The notes: a model not told the origin generated them from the letters alone. A DNA stretch of 64,000 nt from Anaerolineae bacterium (GCA_016926985.1 JAFGNO010000093.1:2933-66932); one strand, 5' to 3'; positions 1-7,266 are shown, counted from the first letter of the stretch. Made by a program: numbers and translations.

Positions 1-262
1 CCGCTGCTTCATATTGGTCGATCAGATCGTCAAGATCCACAGCCTGCACTTCGGCTTTTGTTCGCCCCGTCAGTCGCGCAATCTCCCGCTGTATCCAGGC
101 TGGATCTCTCACATCGAAATCCAGGATGTCCACGGTATACTTGCCATCTGGTAATCCCCGGAGGTCAGCGATCATACCCTCCTGAATGAGGATTTGAACA
201 ACCGGGCGCCGGGTCAGCAAGCGCCAGAGTACAACCAGGGAACGCCAGTAATACTTGATCAT
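1..262 (-). CDS. hypothetical protein, N-terminal part (ORF continues past left edge)
   Basis: ATG at 262-260 preceded by GGAGAGAGG. Open to position 1. Reads MIKYYWRSLVVLWRLLTRRP... Divergent from integrase. Confidence 0.45.
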   Translation of the reverse strand, partial: MIKYYWRSLVVLWRLLTRRPVVQILIQEGMIADLRGLPDGKYTVDILDFDVRDPAWIQREIARLTGRTKAEVQAVDLDDLIDQYEAA

Positions 263-350
263 CCTCTCTCCTCCTGAAGCCATGAAATCATCCTTTTTCT
301 TTCTCCCGGCACGGACTGTCTTGATCCATCCTGGCGGATTTTGTTCTCCC

Positions 351-379
351 TTGCTCCTGAAAAACATTTGTTCTATACT
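351..379 (+). promoter_or_regulatory. sigma70-type promoter for integrase (TTGCTC-17-TATACT)
   Basis: TTGCTC 351-356, 17-nt spacer, TATACT 374-379. GGAGGG RBS at 387-392, ATG at 399. The -10 region ACATTTGTTCTATACT closely matches the one at 25357-25371. Confidence 0.6.
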
Positions 380-398
380 TGAGCGTGGAGGGTGAATC

Positions 399-1280
399 AT
401 GGATTTGAAGACCGCTATGCAGGCATTCCAGATGGAAAACGCTGCCCGGAAGCTCTCTGCACGAACCCGGCGCAGTTACCAGGACAATCTCGATCAGTTT
501 CTCGACTATGCCGGGAACATGGCGTTGTCCGATCTGACACCGGAGATCGTGAACCAGTTTATTCAATGGTATGGAGACCGTCCGGGCCGGATGGAGGACA
601 AGATCAGTCCGGCAACCCTTCACAAGGCGTATTCCGTCATCAATCGCTTTTGCCGCTGGATTTATCTCCAGCGCTGGACCGACCGCTGCATTACCGATTT
701 CACCAAAGCCCCGCGTCTGAACAAACCGATCAAGGATACCCTCACGGAGGATGAAATCGCCCGCCTGCTCCACAGTGTGCGCGGCAATGTCCGGGACCAC
801 CTGATCTTCTCGTTCTTTCTCGATACCGGCTGCCGACTGAATGAGGTCGTGCAACTGGATGTCGATGATATTGACTTCGAACAGCGGCTGGTGAAAGTGC
901 ATGGGAAAGGCAACAAGGAAGGCGTGGTCCCGATCGGTCAGCGGGTCACGAGGGATCTGTTTGTCTACATCCACAACGTGCGGGATGCCGCTCCCGGTGA
1001 GGATGCGGTGTTTGTCAACCGGGACGGAACCCGCCTTGAGTACAATGGGTTGTCCCAGCTGATCCGGCGCCGTTTTCACAAGCTGGGCATCGATGGACGC
1101 GCCCACAAGATGCGGCATACCTTTGCCACCCAGTTCCTGCGCAACGGAGGAAACCTGGAAGCCCTGCGGCGGATACTCCGCCACAGCGACATCAAGGTCA
1201 CACAGCAGTACCTGCATCTCCTTAACGACGATCTGATTGCGGAGCACGACCGCTTTGCTCCCATGGACCGGATGCACTGA
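399..1280 (+). CDS. tyrosine recombinase / phage integrase (XerC/D-like)
   Basis: 293 aa. N-terminal SAM-like core-binding region (RRSYQDNLDQFLDY). C-terminal catalytic signature HKMRHTFATQFL...LRHSDIKVTQQYLHL (R..HxxR..Y). Confidence 0.92.
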   Translation: MDLKTAMQAFQMENAARKLSARTRRSYQDNLDQFLDYAGNMALSDLTPEIVNQFIQWYGDRPGRMEDKISPATLHKAYSVINRFCRWIYLQRWTDRCITDFTKAPRLNKPIKDTLTEDEIARLLHSVRGNVRDHLIFSFFLDTGCRLNEVVQLDVDDIDFEQRLVKVHGKGNKEGVVPIGQRVTRDLFVYIHNVRDAAPGEDAVFVNRDGTRLEYNGLSQLIRRRFHKLGIDGRAHKMRHTFATQFLRNGGNLEALRRILRHSDIKVTQQYLHLLNDDLIAEHDRFAPMDRMH

Positions 1281-1494
1281 GACCGGTGAACCCGCTCAAG
1301 TCATAGATTTCATCCCAGGTCGCAGCGCATGCTCCGCATGTGACCGGGAGAAGCAGCCGGGTGTCCCCTTCTGCGATGACAACGCGCTCCGGTTTGAGAT
1401 GGTCACTGCTGTAGACCGGACAGTGTGAACCGTCATAGCGCAGCGTCCGTTTTCGATGTCGAAAACAGGATTGGATCATGGATGGAATGTTCAT
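1222..1494 (-). CDS. hypothetical small protein (last gene of leftward early operon)
   Basis: 90 aa. ATGA overlap with the upstream gene at 1491-1494. Its 3' end overlaps the integrase 3' end by 59 nt. Contains palindrome copy 1. Confidence 0.4.
   Translation of the reverse strand: MNIPSMIQSCFRHRKRTLRYDGSHCPVYSSDHLKPERVVIAEGDTRLLLPVTCGACAATWDEIYDLSGFTGLSASGPWEQSGRAPQSDRR
1449..1466. repeat. 18-bp palindrome family copy 1
   Basis: GTTTTCGATGTCGAAAAC. Confidence 0.9.
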
Positions 1495-1727
1495 CCTTCT
1501 TCCTTTCGCCAGATGAAAAAATGACCCGGCGTGGTATTCTGGCAGTGCTCCACAGCCAACCCATCGATTTGAAACCCCTCCATTTCACCGGGGTGAAACG
1601 TCACCCGGCTCGGCTCGCCAGCCTCCCAAAAATCCTGCAGGGCCCGTTCCACCTGCTTCTGGCGTTCCTCCGGTTTGGTGGACCGGAAACTGTATGCCCT
1701 GAAATCCCACAGGATGCCCGGTTTCAT
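1491..1727 (-). CDS. hypothetical protein
   Basis: 78 aa starting MKPGILWDF. ATGA overlap with the primase stop (1724-1727) and with the next gene (1491-1494). Confidence 0.55.
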   Translation of the reverse strand: MKPGILWDFRAYSFRSTKPEERQKQVERALQDFWEAGEPSRVTFHPGEMEGFQIDGLAVEHCQNTTPGHFFIWRKEEG

Positions 1728-2644
1728 GCGCTTGCCTCTCGAACCCAGGTATCCAGCGCCTTTCTCGCGCCGGTCTGATCGGCCAGAATCCACTCGTCCA
1801 GATCCTTGAATGGACCGGGCGGGAATTTCAACAACCCACCGAGATCCATGGCACGCTGCGACGCAGCCCTGACGCCGGCATCATCGTTGTCTCCCACGAC
1901 AACGATCCTTGCAAAGGCCAGGGCCCGGCGCCATTCCTCCTCAAAGGAGGTTTCCCCCATGCCCGGTGCGCAGGCTTGATATCCCAGCTGGGTCATCAAC
2001 ATGGCCGGGATCTCCGCCTTGACGTAGAAAACCACAGTGCGGGCATATTTGACCGCATCATGATTGAACAGGGATTTGCGGGAACCCTTTTCAACCAGGT
2101 ACCGCATCCCGGTCTTGAGGGCCCGTTTCTTGATGCTCATCAATTTGCCGTTGGTGAAAGCCGGGATGGTGAGGTAGTCCCGGTCCTGGCCCAGCCCAAA
2201 CAACTCAATGGAATGATCGCTCAACCCGCGTTGGTGCGCGTAGGCTCTGCCTTCCGATCCGATCGGCAGAAAATCCAGGTATCGCTTTTGCGGCAGGCCC
2301 TGGCGCTTCGGCTGCCCGGCGGGGAGGCTCCATGTCATCTCCCGCCGGGCCTGGAGCGCATCCACAGCCCGGCGGAGCATGACCGGGTCCGCAGGATGGT
2401 ACCCACTCACCCACAGATACCCGGCCAGATCGATCACATCCCCCTGCAGCCCACAATTTCCATGGCATTTGAAACGCTGAACACCATCCGGGGAGATGAA
2501 GACACTGAAGGACGCCGTGAAGTTGTGGTGTGCATGCTGCGGAAGCGGGCACACCCCATAGTCACGCGACATCTCCACGCCCAGGTCCGTCAGGACCTCG
2601 CGGATATCATACAGGGCGCGCAGTGCCTTCAGATCCCCCTCCAT
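1724..2644 (-). CDS. DNA primase (CHC2 zinc finger + TOPRIM, DnaG-like)
   Basis: CPLPQHAHHNFTASFSVF...FKCHGNCGLQGDVIDL (CHC2 finger). VKAEIPAMLMTQLGY and VVVGDNDDAG (TOPRIM E and DxD). ATG at 2644 overlaps the upstream TGA (TGATG). Alternative TTG start at 2647. Confidence 0.88.
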   Translation of the reverse strand: MEGDLKALRALYDIREVLTDLGVEMSRDYGVCPLPQHAHHNFTASFSVFISPDGVQRFKCHGNCGLQGDVIDLAGYLWVSGYHPADPVMLRRAVDALQARREMTWSLPAGQPKRQGLPQKRYLDFLPIGSEGRAYAHQRGLSDHSIELFGLGQDRDYLTIPAFTNGKLMSIKKRALKTGMRYLVEKGSRKSLFNHDAVKYARTVVFYVKAEIPAMLMTQLGYQACAPGMGETSFEEEWRRALAFARIVVVGDNDDAGVRAASQRAMDLGGLLKFPPGPFKDLDEWILADQTGARKALDTWVREASA

Positions 2645-2982
2645 CAAGCGGTCTCCATAATGTAGGGTAAAAGGTCACAGGCATGGTTCAAACGGATATA
2701 GTTCCTGCCCTCGTCCTGGTCCTGGATATAGGAAATCCAGTAGCGGAAGAGGTGTTCGTTCTCATAGCAAATCTCAAATTCCTTCCCTTCAAGGAGAAAG
2801 CGTGCCCGCGGTGTCATCAGGGCCGGCCAGAGATGCGTGATCGTAACGGGTGCCTCGTATTCAAAGAAAGCCTGGATATCCCGCGTGGCCTTCACCATCA
2901 GGCGGTCCTTTTCCTGTGTTTCGCGGGCAAGTTGTTTTTGCTGTTCTTGCTGCACCTTTTTCAGTAAATGGTCTGTCAGCAT
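2644..2982 (-). CDS. hypothetical protein
   Basis: 112 aa, coding-like composition, RBS GGAGGAA upstream, coupled to primase. Confidence 0.6.
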   Translation of the reverse strand: MLTDHLLKKVQQEQQKQLARETQEKDRLMVKATRDIQAFFEYEAPVTITHLWPALMTPRARFLLEGKEFEICYENEHLFRYWISYIQDQDEGRNYIRLNHACDLLPYIMETA

Positions 2983-3042
2983 GGTTCCTCCTTGGGAAGG
3001 GTCATGACCTGTATCCTGCGAGAGAGTTCCGGCGAAGACATT

Positions 3043-3699
3043 TCATCCCTCAGTGCGCAGATCAAAGCGGGCGATATCATGGAACAGAAAGGCGGGCGCC
3101 GGTTCTCCTTTCAACAGATGCATGACCTGGTTGGCGATATGCCCGGCAGCCATGAACGCAGTGAAGATAATCGCCTTGGCTGTACAGGGATCGTTGGGAA
3201 CATCCTCTTCGCGTGTCCCCATCAGCATGGTCTCATACCAGGCCGTGCCCCCGGAGAGGTCGATGGTATAGAGCTGAAATGTCTGGGCCGACATGCGGCT
3301 GTCCAGCCAATAGCGGGTAAACCCGGAGCGCCGGGCCTGCCAGACCTGCTGACGGGCGGTGATGCTGTCGAGCGCAGTGATAACGAGGTCCACGTCCGGC
3401 AGATGGGTATCCGGCGTGACCCTGGACCGGTACGCGACCCCTTTGCCATCGGTGAAAAAGCGGATAGCCTCAATCAGGCCAACCACCTTGGGCTTTCCCA
3501 CCGCGCCGATGGGTAAAAGCTGGTTGGGAATATTCACGTCCTCGATGGTGTCGAAGTCATACAGGTACAAATGCCCGATGCCCATCTTCGCCAGCGCCAG
3601 GGCCGTGGCAGCTCCGATCCCGCCGGTGCCGATCACCGCAACATGGGCGCTCTTCAGAATTTCGGGATGAATGATGTCGATGGATCGTGTATGGTTCAT
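3043..3699 (-). CDS. ThiF/MoeB-family E1-like adenylyltransferase (minimal, 218 aa)
   Basis: Rossmann loop VAVIGTGGIGAATALALAKMGIGHLYLYDFDTIEDVNIPNQL. Also DLVITALDSITARQQV and a Cys in NDPCTAKA. ATG at 3699 with GGAGGA 8 nt upstream. A longer ORF runs to 3780 but has no RBS. Confidence 0.8.
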   Translation of the reverse strand: MNHTRSIDIIHPEILKSAHVAVIGTGGIGAATALALAKMGIGHLYLYDFDTIEDVNIPNQLLPIGAVGKPKVVGLIEAIRFFTDGKGVAYRSRVTPDTHLPDVDLVITALDSITARQQVWQARRSGFTRYWLDSRMSAQTFQLYTIDLSGGTAWYETMLMGTREEDVPNDPCTAKAIIFTAFMAAGHIANQVMHLLKGEPAPAFLFHDIARFDLRTEG

Positions 3700-3819
3700 G
3701 GGTCCTCCACAGGGCGAGCAGCTGTACGGACGGAGCGGGAGACCCGGTTCCCCGGCCCGCGTTCGGAGTGCAGGGGACACACTGAACCATCAGCCGGTGG
3801 CTTGATGGGCAGACGGAGC

Positions 3820-4548
3820 TCAGCGATCCCAGGTATAGCGCGCATACGCTTCCTGAAGTTCATCAAAGGAAATCAATCCCAGTTCATGCAGTTCATAGAT
3901 GGTGAGATCATACAGATCAGCGACCTCCTCCGGCGATCCCGCCCGCAGGAGGGCACGGACCTCCTCGATGACGTCCGCATTCAGGCCGTAGGAACGCAGA
4001 TCCAGCCTCGGCGCCGGTGTCCAGTACGAAGTGAGCGCCTGCTGTCTGGGGGGCGCAGGGACGCGCACAGGCGCCAGGGCTGATGCGTACTCTTGCGGGG
4101 TCAGGACCTGCTCCACCGGCAGGTGATAAACAGTTTTGGAACCATGATCATCCAGGCGACCCACCCACCCCAGGGGTGTGCGCACAACCGCCAGGGACCA
4201 CTTGACCAGTTCCGGCAAAGAACCCAGGGGTTCCTGGGTGGCGGTGTGGACATCCGTCGCGGACCAGTTGTGGTCGCCGGGTATTCCATTTCCAATCGGA
4301 TGACGGTGAAGCCAACACTTCAGTTTTTCGGGCGCAATCCCGGATGCGTGCAGTTCGAGGATTTTATGGGTGGAGATTTCGGTGTAGACCGAGCTGCCGA
4401 CATCGAGCAGGAAGGCGTCGGTGAGAAGAAAGTTGCGGTTTTCGATGTCGAAATCAACGGTGGCTAACCCGGATACTTCCAGGCCGCCTGCAGAAGCGCA
4501 CCAGCCTTCCATCTTCAACAGCGTGGTGGGAGTAGGAACAATCTTCAT
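3820..4548 (-). CDS. JAB/MPN (JAMM) metallopeptidase-domain protein
   Basis: 242 aa. Glu in GGLEVSG. JAMM motif HRHPIGNGIPGDHNWSATD (HxH..S..D). ATGA overlap with the upstream gene at 4545-4548. Contains palindrome copy 2 (VDFDIEN). Confidence 0.8.
   Translation of the reverse strand: MKIVPTPTTLLKMEGWCASAGGLEVSGLATVDFDIENRNFLLTDAFLLDVGSSVYTEISTHKILELHASGIAPEKLKCWLHRHPIGNGIPGDHNWSATDVHTATQEPLGSLPELVKWSLAVVRTPLGWVGRLDDHGSKTVYHLPVEQVLTPQEYASALAPVRVPAPPRQQALTSYWTPAPRLDLRSYGLNADVIEEVRALLRAGSPEEVADLYDLTIYELHELGLISFDELQEAYARYTWDR
4438..4455. repeat. 18-bp palindrome family copy 2
   Basis: GTTTTCGATGTCGAAATC (inside the JAB gene). Confidence 0.9.
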
Positions 4549-5267
4549 AACGCACCTTCCCTGCGGGAGGTATACGGGGGATGGCAGAGGGCATCCGCCG
4601 GATTGATATTGCCGACGTACTTGTGCAGGTAGTCAAACAGACTGGCGACGTCGGCATCCTCGAACAGGGCGGGAATAATGCCGGCGAACCCGCCCCAGCA
4701 GGTACTGGCAAGATAATCGAGGGGATTGGCGTTCTCCTCTGGAATTTGGGCAGTCTGATGCATGTGCCGGTACCTCTCCCTGGGGTCCTGCGCCGGGAGG
4801 ACATGCACCGACGGAGACAGGGTGCCAAAAGAGCTGGTGTTGACACACACATAATACGGACCGTGGTCATAGGTCCCGGCATAATATCCCTGCTCGTGGA
4901 CGGTCACGAAGCTGTCGGTCTGGGCCACCATCCAGTCAATCCCCCGGTGATGTTTGACGGTCAGCATTTTGTAGGGGAGGCGCTTCAGCCGTGTGACCTG
5001 GTAGTCAAAACCGCCGCGGCGCGCCGCGGTTCCGGTTCCGGCGTCCTGCAGCTGCGCCAGCTGGACCTGCAGGTGCTTGATTTCCTCGGCCATGGCTGCC
5101 CTGCGGAATGAGGCCGCGTCGGTGTTCTGATAGTGAAGGCGCTTGGTACGCAGTTTCTCTTCCAGGTTCTCCCGGTGTCGCAGCAGACAGGTTTGCAACA
5201 GGTCCAGGAATTTCGGGTCGATCTGTACTTGGGTGGTTTCATGAATCGGTGCCAGTCGGATTGGCAT
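4545..5267 (-). CDS. hypothetical protein in the E2 position of the Ubl cassette (candidate E2-like)
   Basis: 240 aa from MPIRLAPI (RBS CAGGAGGAGA). N-terminal coiled coil (AEEIKHLQVQLAQLQ). C-terminal half has three Cys (YYVCVN, LASTCWGG, ALCHPPY). The function is inferred from gene order only. Confidence 0.35.
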   Translation of the reverse strand: MPIRLAPIHETTQVQIDPKFLDLLQTCLLRHRENLEEKLRTKRLHYQNTDAASFRRAAMAEEIKHLQVQLAQLQDAGTGTAARRGGFDYQVTRLKRLPYKMLTVKHHRGIDWMVAQTDSFVTVHEQGYYAGTYDHGPYYVCVNTSSFGTLSPSVHVLPAQDPRERYRHMHQTAQIPEENANPLDYLASTCWGGFAGIIPALFEDADVASLFDYLHKYVGNINPADALCHPPYTSRREGAL

Positions 5268-5282
5268 GGGTCTCCTCCTGAA

Positions 5283-5312
5283 AGAAGGAGAGGCCCGCAG
5301 GCCCCTCCTTCT
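5283..5312 (-). promoter_or_regulatory. intercistronic GC-rich stem-loop between the Ubl gene and the enzyme genes
   Basis: AGAAGGAG-A-GGCC-cgca-GGCC-C-CTCCTTCT (8+4 bp). On the leftward transcript it is followed by UUUC and then the RBS. Confidence 0.5.
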
Positions 5313-5325
5313 TCTGCGCGGGCTC

Positions 5326-5634
5326 TTATCCGCCCTTGATGTTGCCGTAGGCGGAGATGCGCATGCCGGAAGCAACGTGGACAGCGCCGGGATCAACCAC
5401 CTGCCCTTCCACCCAAAACTGCGTGGATGCGGGGACGTTGATGTCTGCGGCCAGCACCGCTTCCATGATGGTCTGCGGGACCACCTCACCAGCCTCCGTG
5501 CGCTGGATGGGCAGATACACCCGCTCCCCGCCGTTGGTGATCAGGGTTGCCATTTCCACCTGATCATAGTCCTGCGCCACCAGCGACTGCTCGATTTCAG
5601 CTGCAAACTCTTCGGGTAATGAAAAGTCACTCAC
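5326..5634 (-). CDS. ubiquitin-like / ThiS-MoaD-type beta-grasp protein ending in Gly-Gly
   Basis: 102 aa ending ...VHVASGMRISAYGNIKGG-stop. RBS CAGGAGGC. First gene behind a consensus promoter. Confidence 0.7.
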   Translation of the reverse strand: MSDFSLPEEFAAEIEQSLVAQDYDQVEMATLITNGGERVYLPIQRTEAGEVVPQTIMEAVLAADINVPASTQFWVEGQVVDPGAVHVASGMRISAYGNIKGG

Positions 5635-5681
5635 TATCCTGCCTCCTGAACTGGTTTATTTGTACACCGACTGTATGCCGG

Positions 5682-5710
5682 ATTATACATAGACTTGTAA
5701 CAGTTGTCAA
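5682..5710 (-). promoter_or_regulatory. consensus sigma70 promoter of the leftward early operon (TTGACA-17-TATAAT)
   Basis: Minus strand reads TTGACAACTGTTACAAGTCTATGTATAAT. The spacer contains CTGTTACAA (palindrome-family site). Confidence 0.75.
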
Positions 5711-5716
5711 CCACAT

Positions 5717-5745
5717 TTGCTTTCTCTGTTACAGTTTGCTATAAT
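5717..5745 (+). promoter_or_regulatory. promoter of the HTH gene (TTGCTT-17-TATAAT with TGn), probably a leaderless mRNA
   Basis: TTGCTTTCTCTGTTACAGTTTGCTATAAT. ATG at 5752 lies 6 nt after the -10 and no RBS is present. The spacer contains CTGTTACAG. Confidence 0.7.
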
Positions 5746-5751
5746 GGACGC

Positions 5752-6393
5752 ATGTCTGATGAACCCCTCCTTCCCCTGGATGAACGCCGGCACCCGGACG
5801 GGCGCCGGAAAATCAATCTGACCCGGACCGAGCGCGCTGAAATCCGGCGGCGGCGCATGATCGAAGCCGCTGTTGCCATGTTCCTCAACCCCTACGAACA
5901 CCTGCGGACGCAGGATATCGCCGCTGAACTGGGGATCTCCACCAAAACGCTGAAGAAGATCACCCAGGATGAAACCTTCATCGAGTTGTATAACGATCAC
6001 TTCCTGGAAGTCTCCCATGACCCGCGCATTCAACTGGTGCGCAGCTCCATCGGTGAAATTGCACCCTTGGCCCTGCAGCGTCTGACCGAGATGGTCGAGA
6101 AGGAAACCACACCCCCGACGGTCCTGCTCAATGCCATCAAACTGATCTTCGAAAAAGCGGGTATTGAACCGGTGAACGTGCGCAGCAGTGACAAGAAGGA
6201 GCTGGTGGACTTTCTCAATGACCGCGGCGTGAACATCCAGCAGATGAACGTGAACATCCACGCCCCCAGCGAATATGAAGAGGTGTATGCAGAAGTCCTG
6301 GAAGGCGTAGTGCGCGAGCCGGCCTCGTTGCTGGCCCCTACGGAAAAAGATGCCGCTGTTTCAGTGACACAAAGTGACGATCCCCTACAATGA
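5752..6393 (+). CDS. HTH DNA-binding protein (putative regulator; TerS-like architecture not excluded)
   Basis: 213 aa. HTH in LRTQDIAAELGISTKTLKKITQ. Divergent from the early operon. Confidence 0.55.
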   Translation: MSDEPLLPLDERRHPDGRRKINLTRTERAEIRRRRMIEAAVAMFLNPYEHLRTQDIAAELGISTKTLKKITQDETFIELYNDHFLEVSHDPRIQLVRSSIGEIAPLALQRLTEMVEKETTPPTVLLNAIKLIFEKAGIEPVNVRSSDKKELVDFLNDRGVNIQQMNVNIHAPSEYEEVYAEVLEGVVREPASLLAPTEKDAAVSVTQSDDPLQ

Positions 6394-6904
6394 TGTGATC
6401 GAGTAATTCGATGTCCATCATTTTGGCAGCTTCATAGAGATGTCTGGTGACAGAAATATCTTCCGGAGAAGGTTCCGGGTCGCCGGAAGGATGATTGTGC
6501 GCCAGCATCATCGCCTGCGCATTGATCAGGATGGCCGGACGCAGCAGTTCAGCGATCCGGACCTGGATGGTGTTCAAGGTGCCGGTATACACTTTCACCC
6601 CGGAGCGCAGCGGTTCATTTCGAGTGCTCAGCGGCAGAACCACCATCTGCTCCTGGAGCGGATTATCAAACAGTTCGAAAATCTTCCGGAACAGCTCGCC
6701 CGCCATGGAAGGGCTTTCCAGCCGGATCTCATGCGAGGTGCTGCGGACCAGCCCAAACGCGGCCACGATCTTCCGGGCTGTTTCCTGGTCCACGACGGTT
6801 GCCAGGGTTTCCTCATCCAGGCTGCGAAGGACCTCCAGGCTGCCAAAGGCTGTGCGCAAATTCTGGGCCGCATAGGGTCCGGTTAATTCTGCGAGATAGT
6901 CCAT
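6338..6904 (-). CDS. radC: RadC-like JAB-domain protein
   Basis: 188 aa from MDYLAELTG. C-terminal MMLAHNHPSGDPEPSPEDI (JAMM motif typical of RadC). Convergent with the HTH gene and overlapping it by 56 nt. Confidence 0.8.
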   Translation of the reverse strand: MDYLAELTGPYAAQNLRTAFGSLEVLRSLDEETLATVVDQETARKIVAAFGLVRSTSHEIRLESPSMAGELFRKIFELFDNPLQEQMVVLPLSTRNEPLRSGVKVYTGTLNTIQVRIAELLRPAILINAQAMMLAHNHPSGDPEPSPEDISVTRHLYEAAKMMDIELLDHIIVGDRHFVSLKQRHLFP

Positions 6905-6922
6905 TTCCTCATCCTTTCGCGC

Positions 6923-6960
6923 AGTGAGGCTGCTTCTGAGAGCAGCCTCACTTTTGTATT
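6923..6960 (+). terminator. stem-loop plus T-tract (rightward terminator or radC leader structure)
   Basis: AGTGAGGCTGC-ttctgaga-GCAGCCTCACT followed by TTTTGTATT. Confidence 0.4.
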
Positions 6961-7030
6961 GAAAAGCCGGAAGGCACCCACCAGGCCCGAACAGAACCGT
7001 TTCACGCGCCAGAAGCCTGCTTCCCATCCC

Positions 7031-7059
7031 TTGGAATAATATTTCCCTATTGATATAAT
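7031..7059 (+). promoter_or_regulatory. promoter (TTGGAA-17-TATAAT with TGA extended -10)
   Basis: TTGGAATAATATTTCCCTATTGATATAAT, about 200 nt upstream of the lipoprotein gene. Confidence 0.5.
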
Positions 7060-7266
7060 TTCACCCTCGTTGGTAGTCGGTTTGTTGGGGTAAACCTTTC
7101 ATCGGTAATTGCTCTTCGTAAATATTTCGTCACCAGTCAGATGCATAGTTCGTGATCCATGGCACAAGGGAGGTGCACATGCCTTGAAGCTCCATATCAT
7201 TCGCTTCCGCATGACCGATAGAAAGAGTTTTCCACCCTTATAGATTAACCTAGAGGAAGAATACCA

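Noticed and set aside
288-1277. 329-aa ORF antisense to the integrase
   Set aside because: Shadow ORF of a GC-rich gene. His/Arg/Gly/Pro/Val-rich with no motif, and fully overlapped by the clearly real integrase.
3700-3780. 27-codon N-terminal extension of the E1-like gene (start at 3780)
   Set aside because: No RBS and an Arg/Pro-rich extension. The ATG at 3699 has GGAGGA at ideal spacing and starts just before the Rossmann fold. The extension is not fully excluded.
5752-6393. HTH protein as the missing small terminase
   Set aside because: It lies 21 kb from terL, is divergently paired with the early promoter, and is likely leaderless. A regulator role fits better, but TerS-like architecture cannot be excluded without a search.
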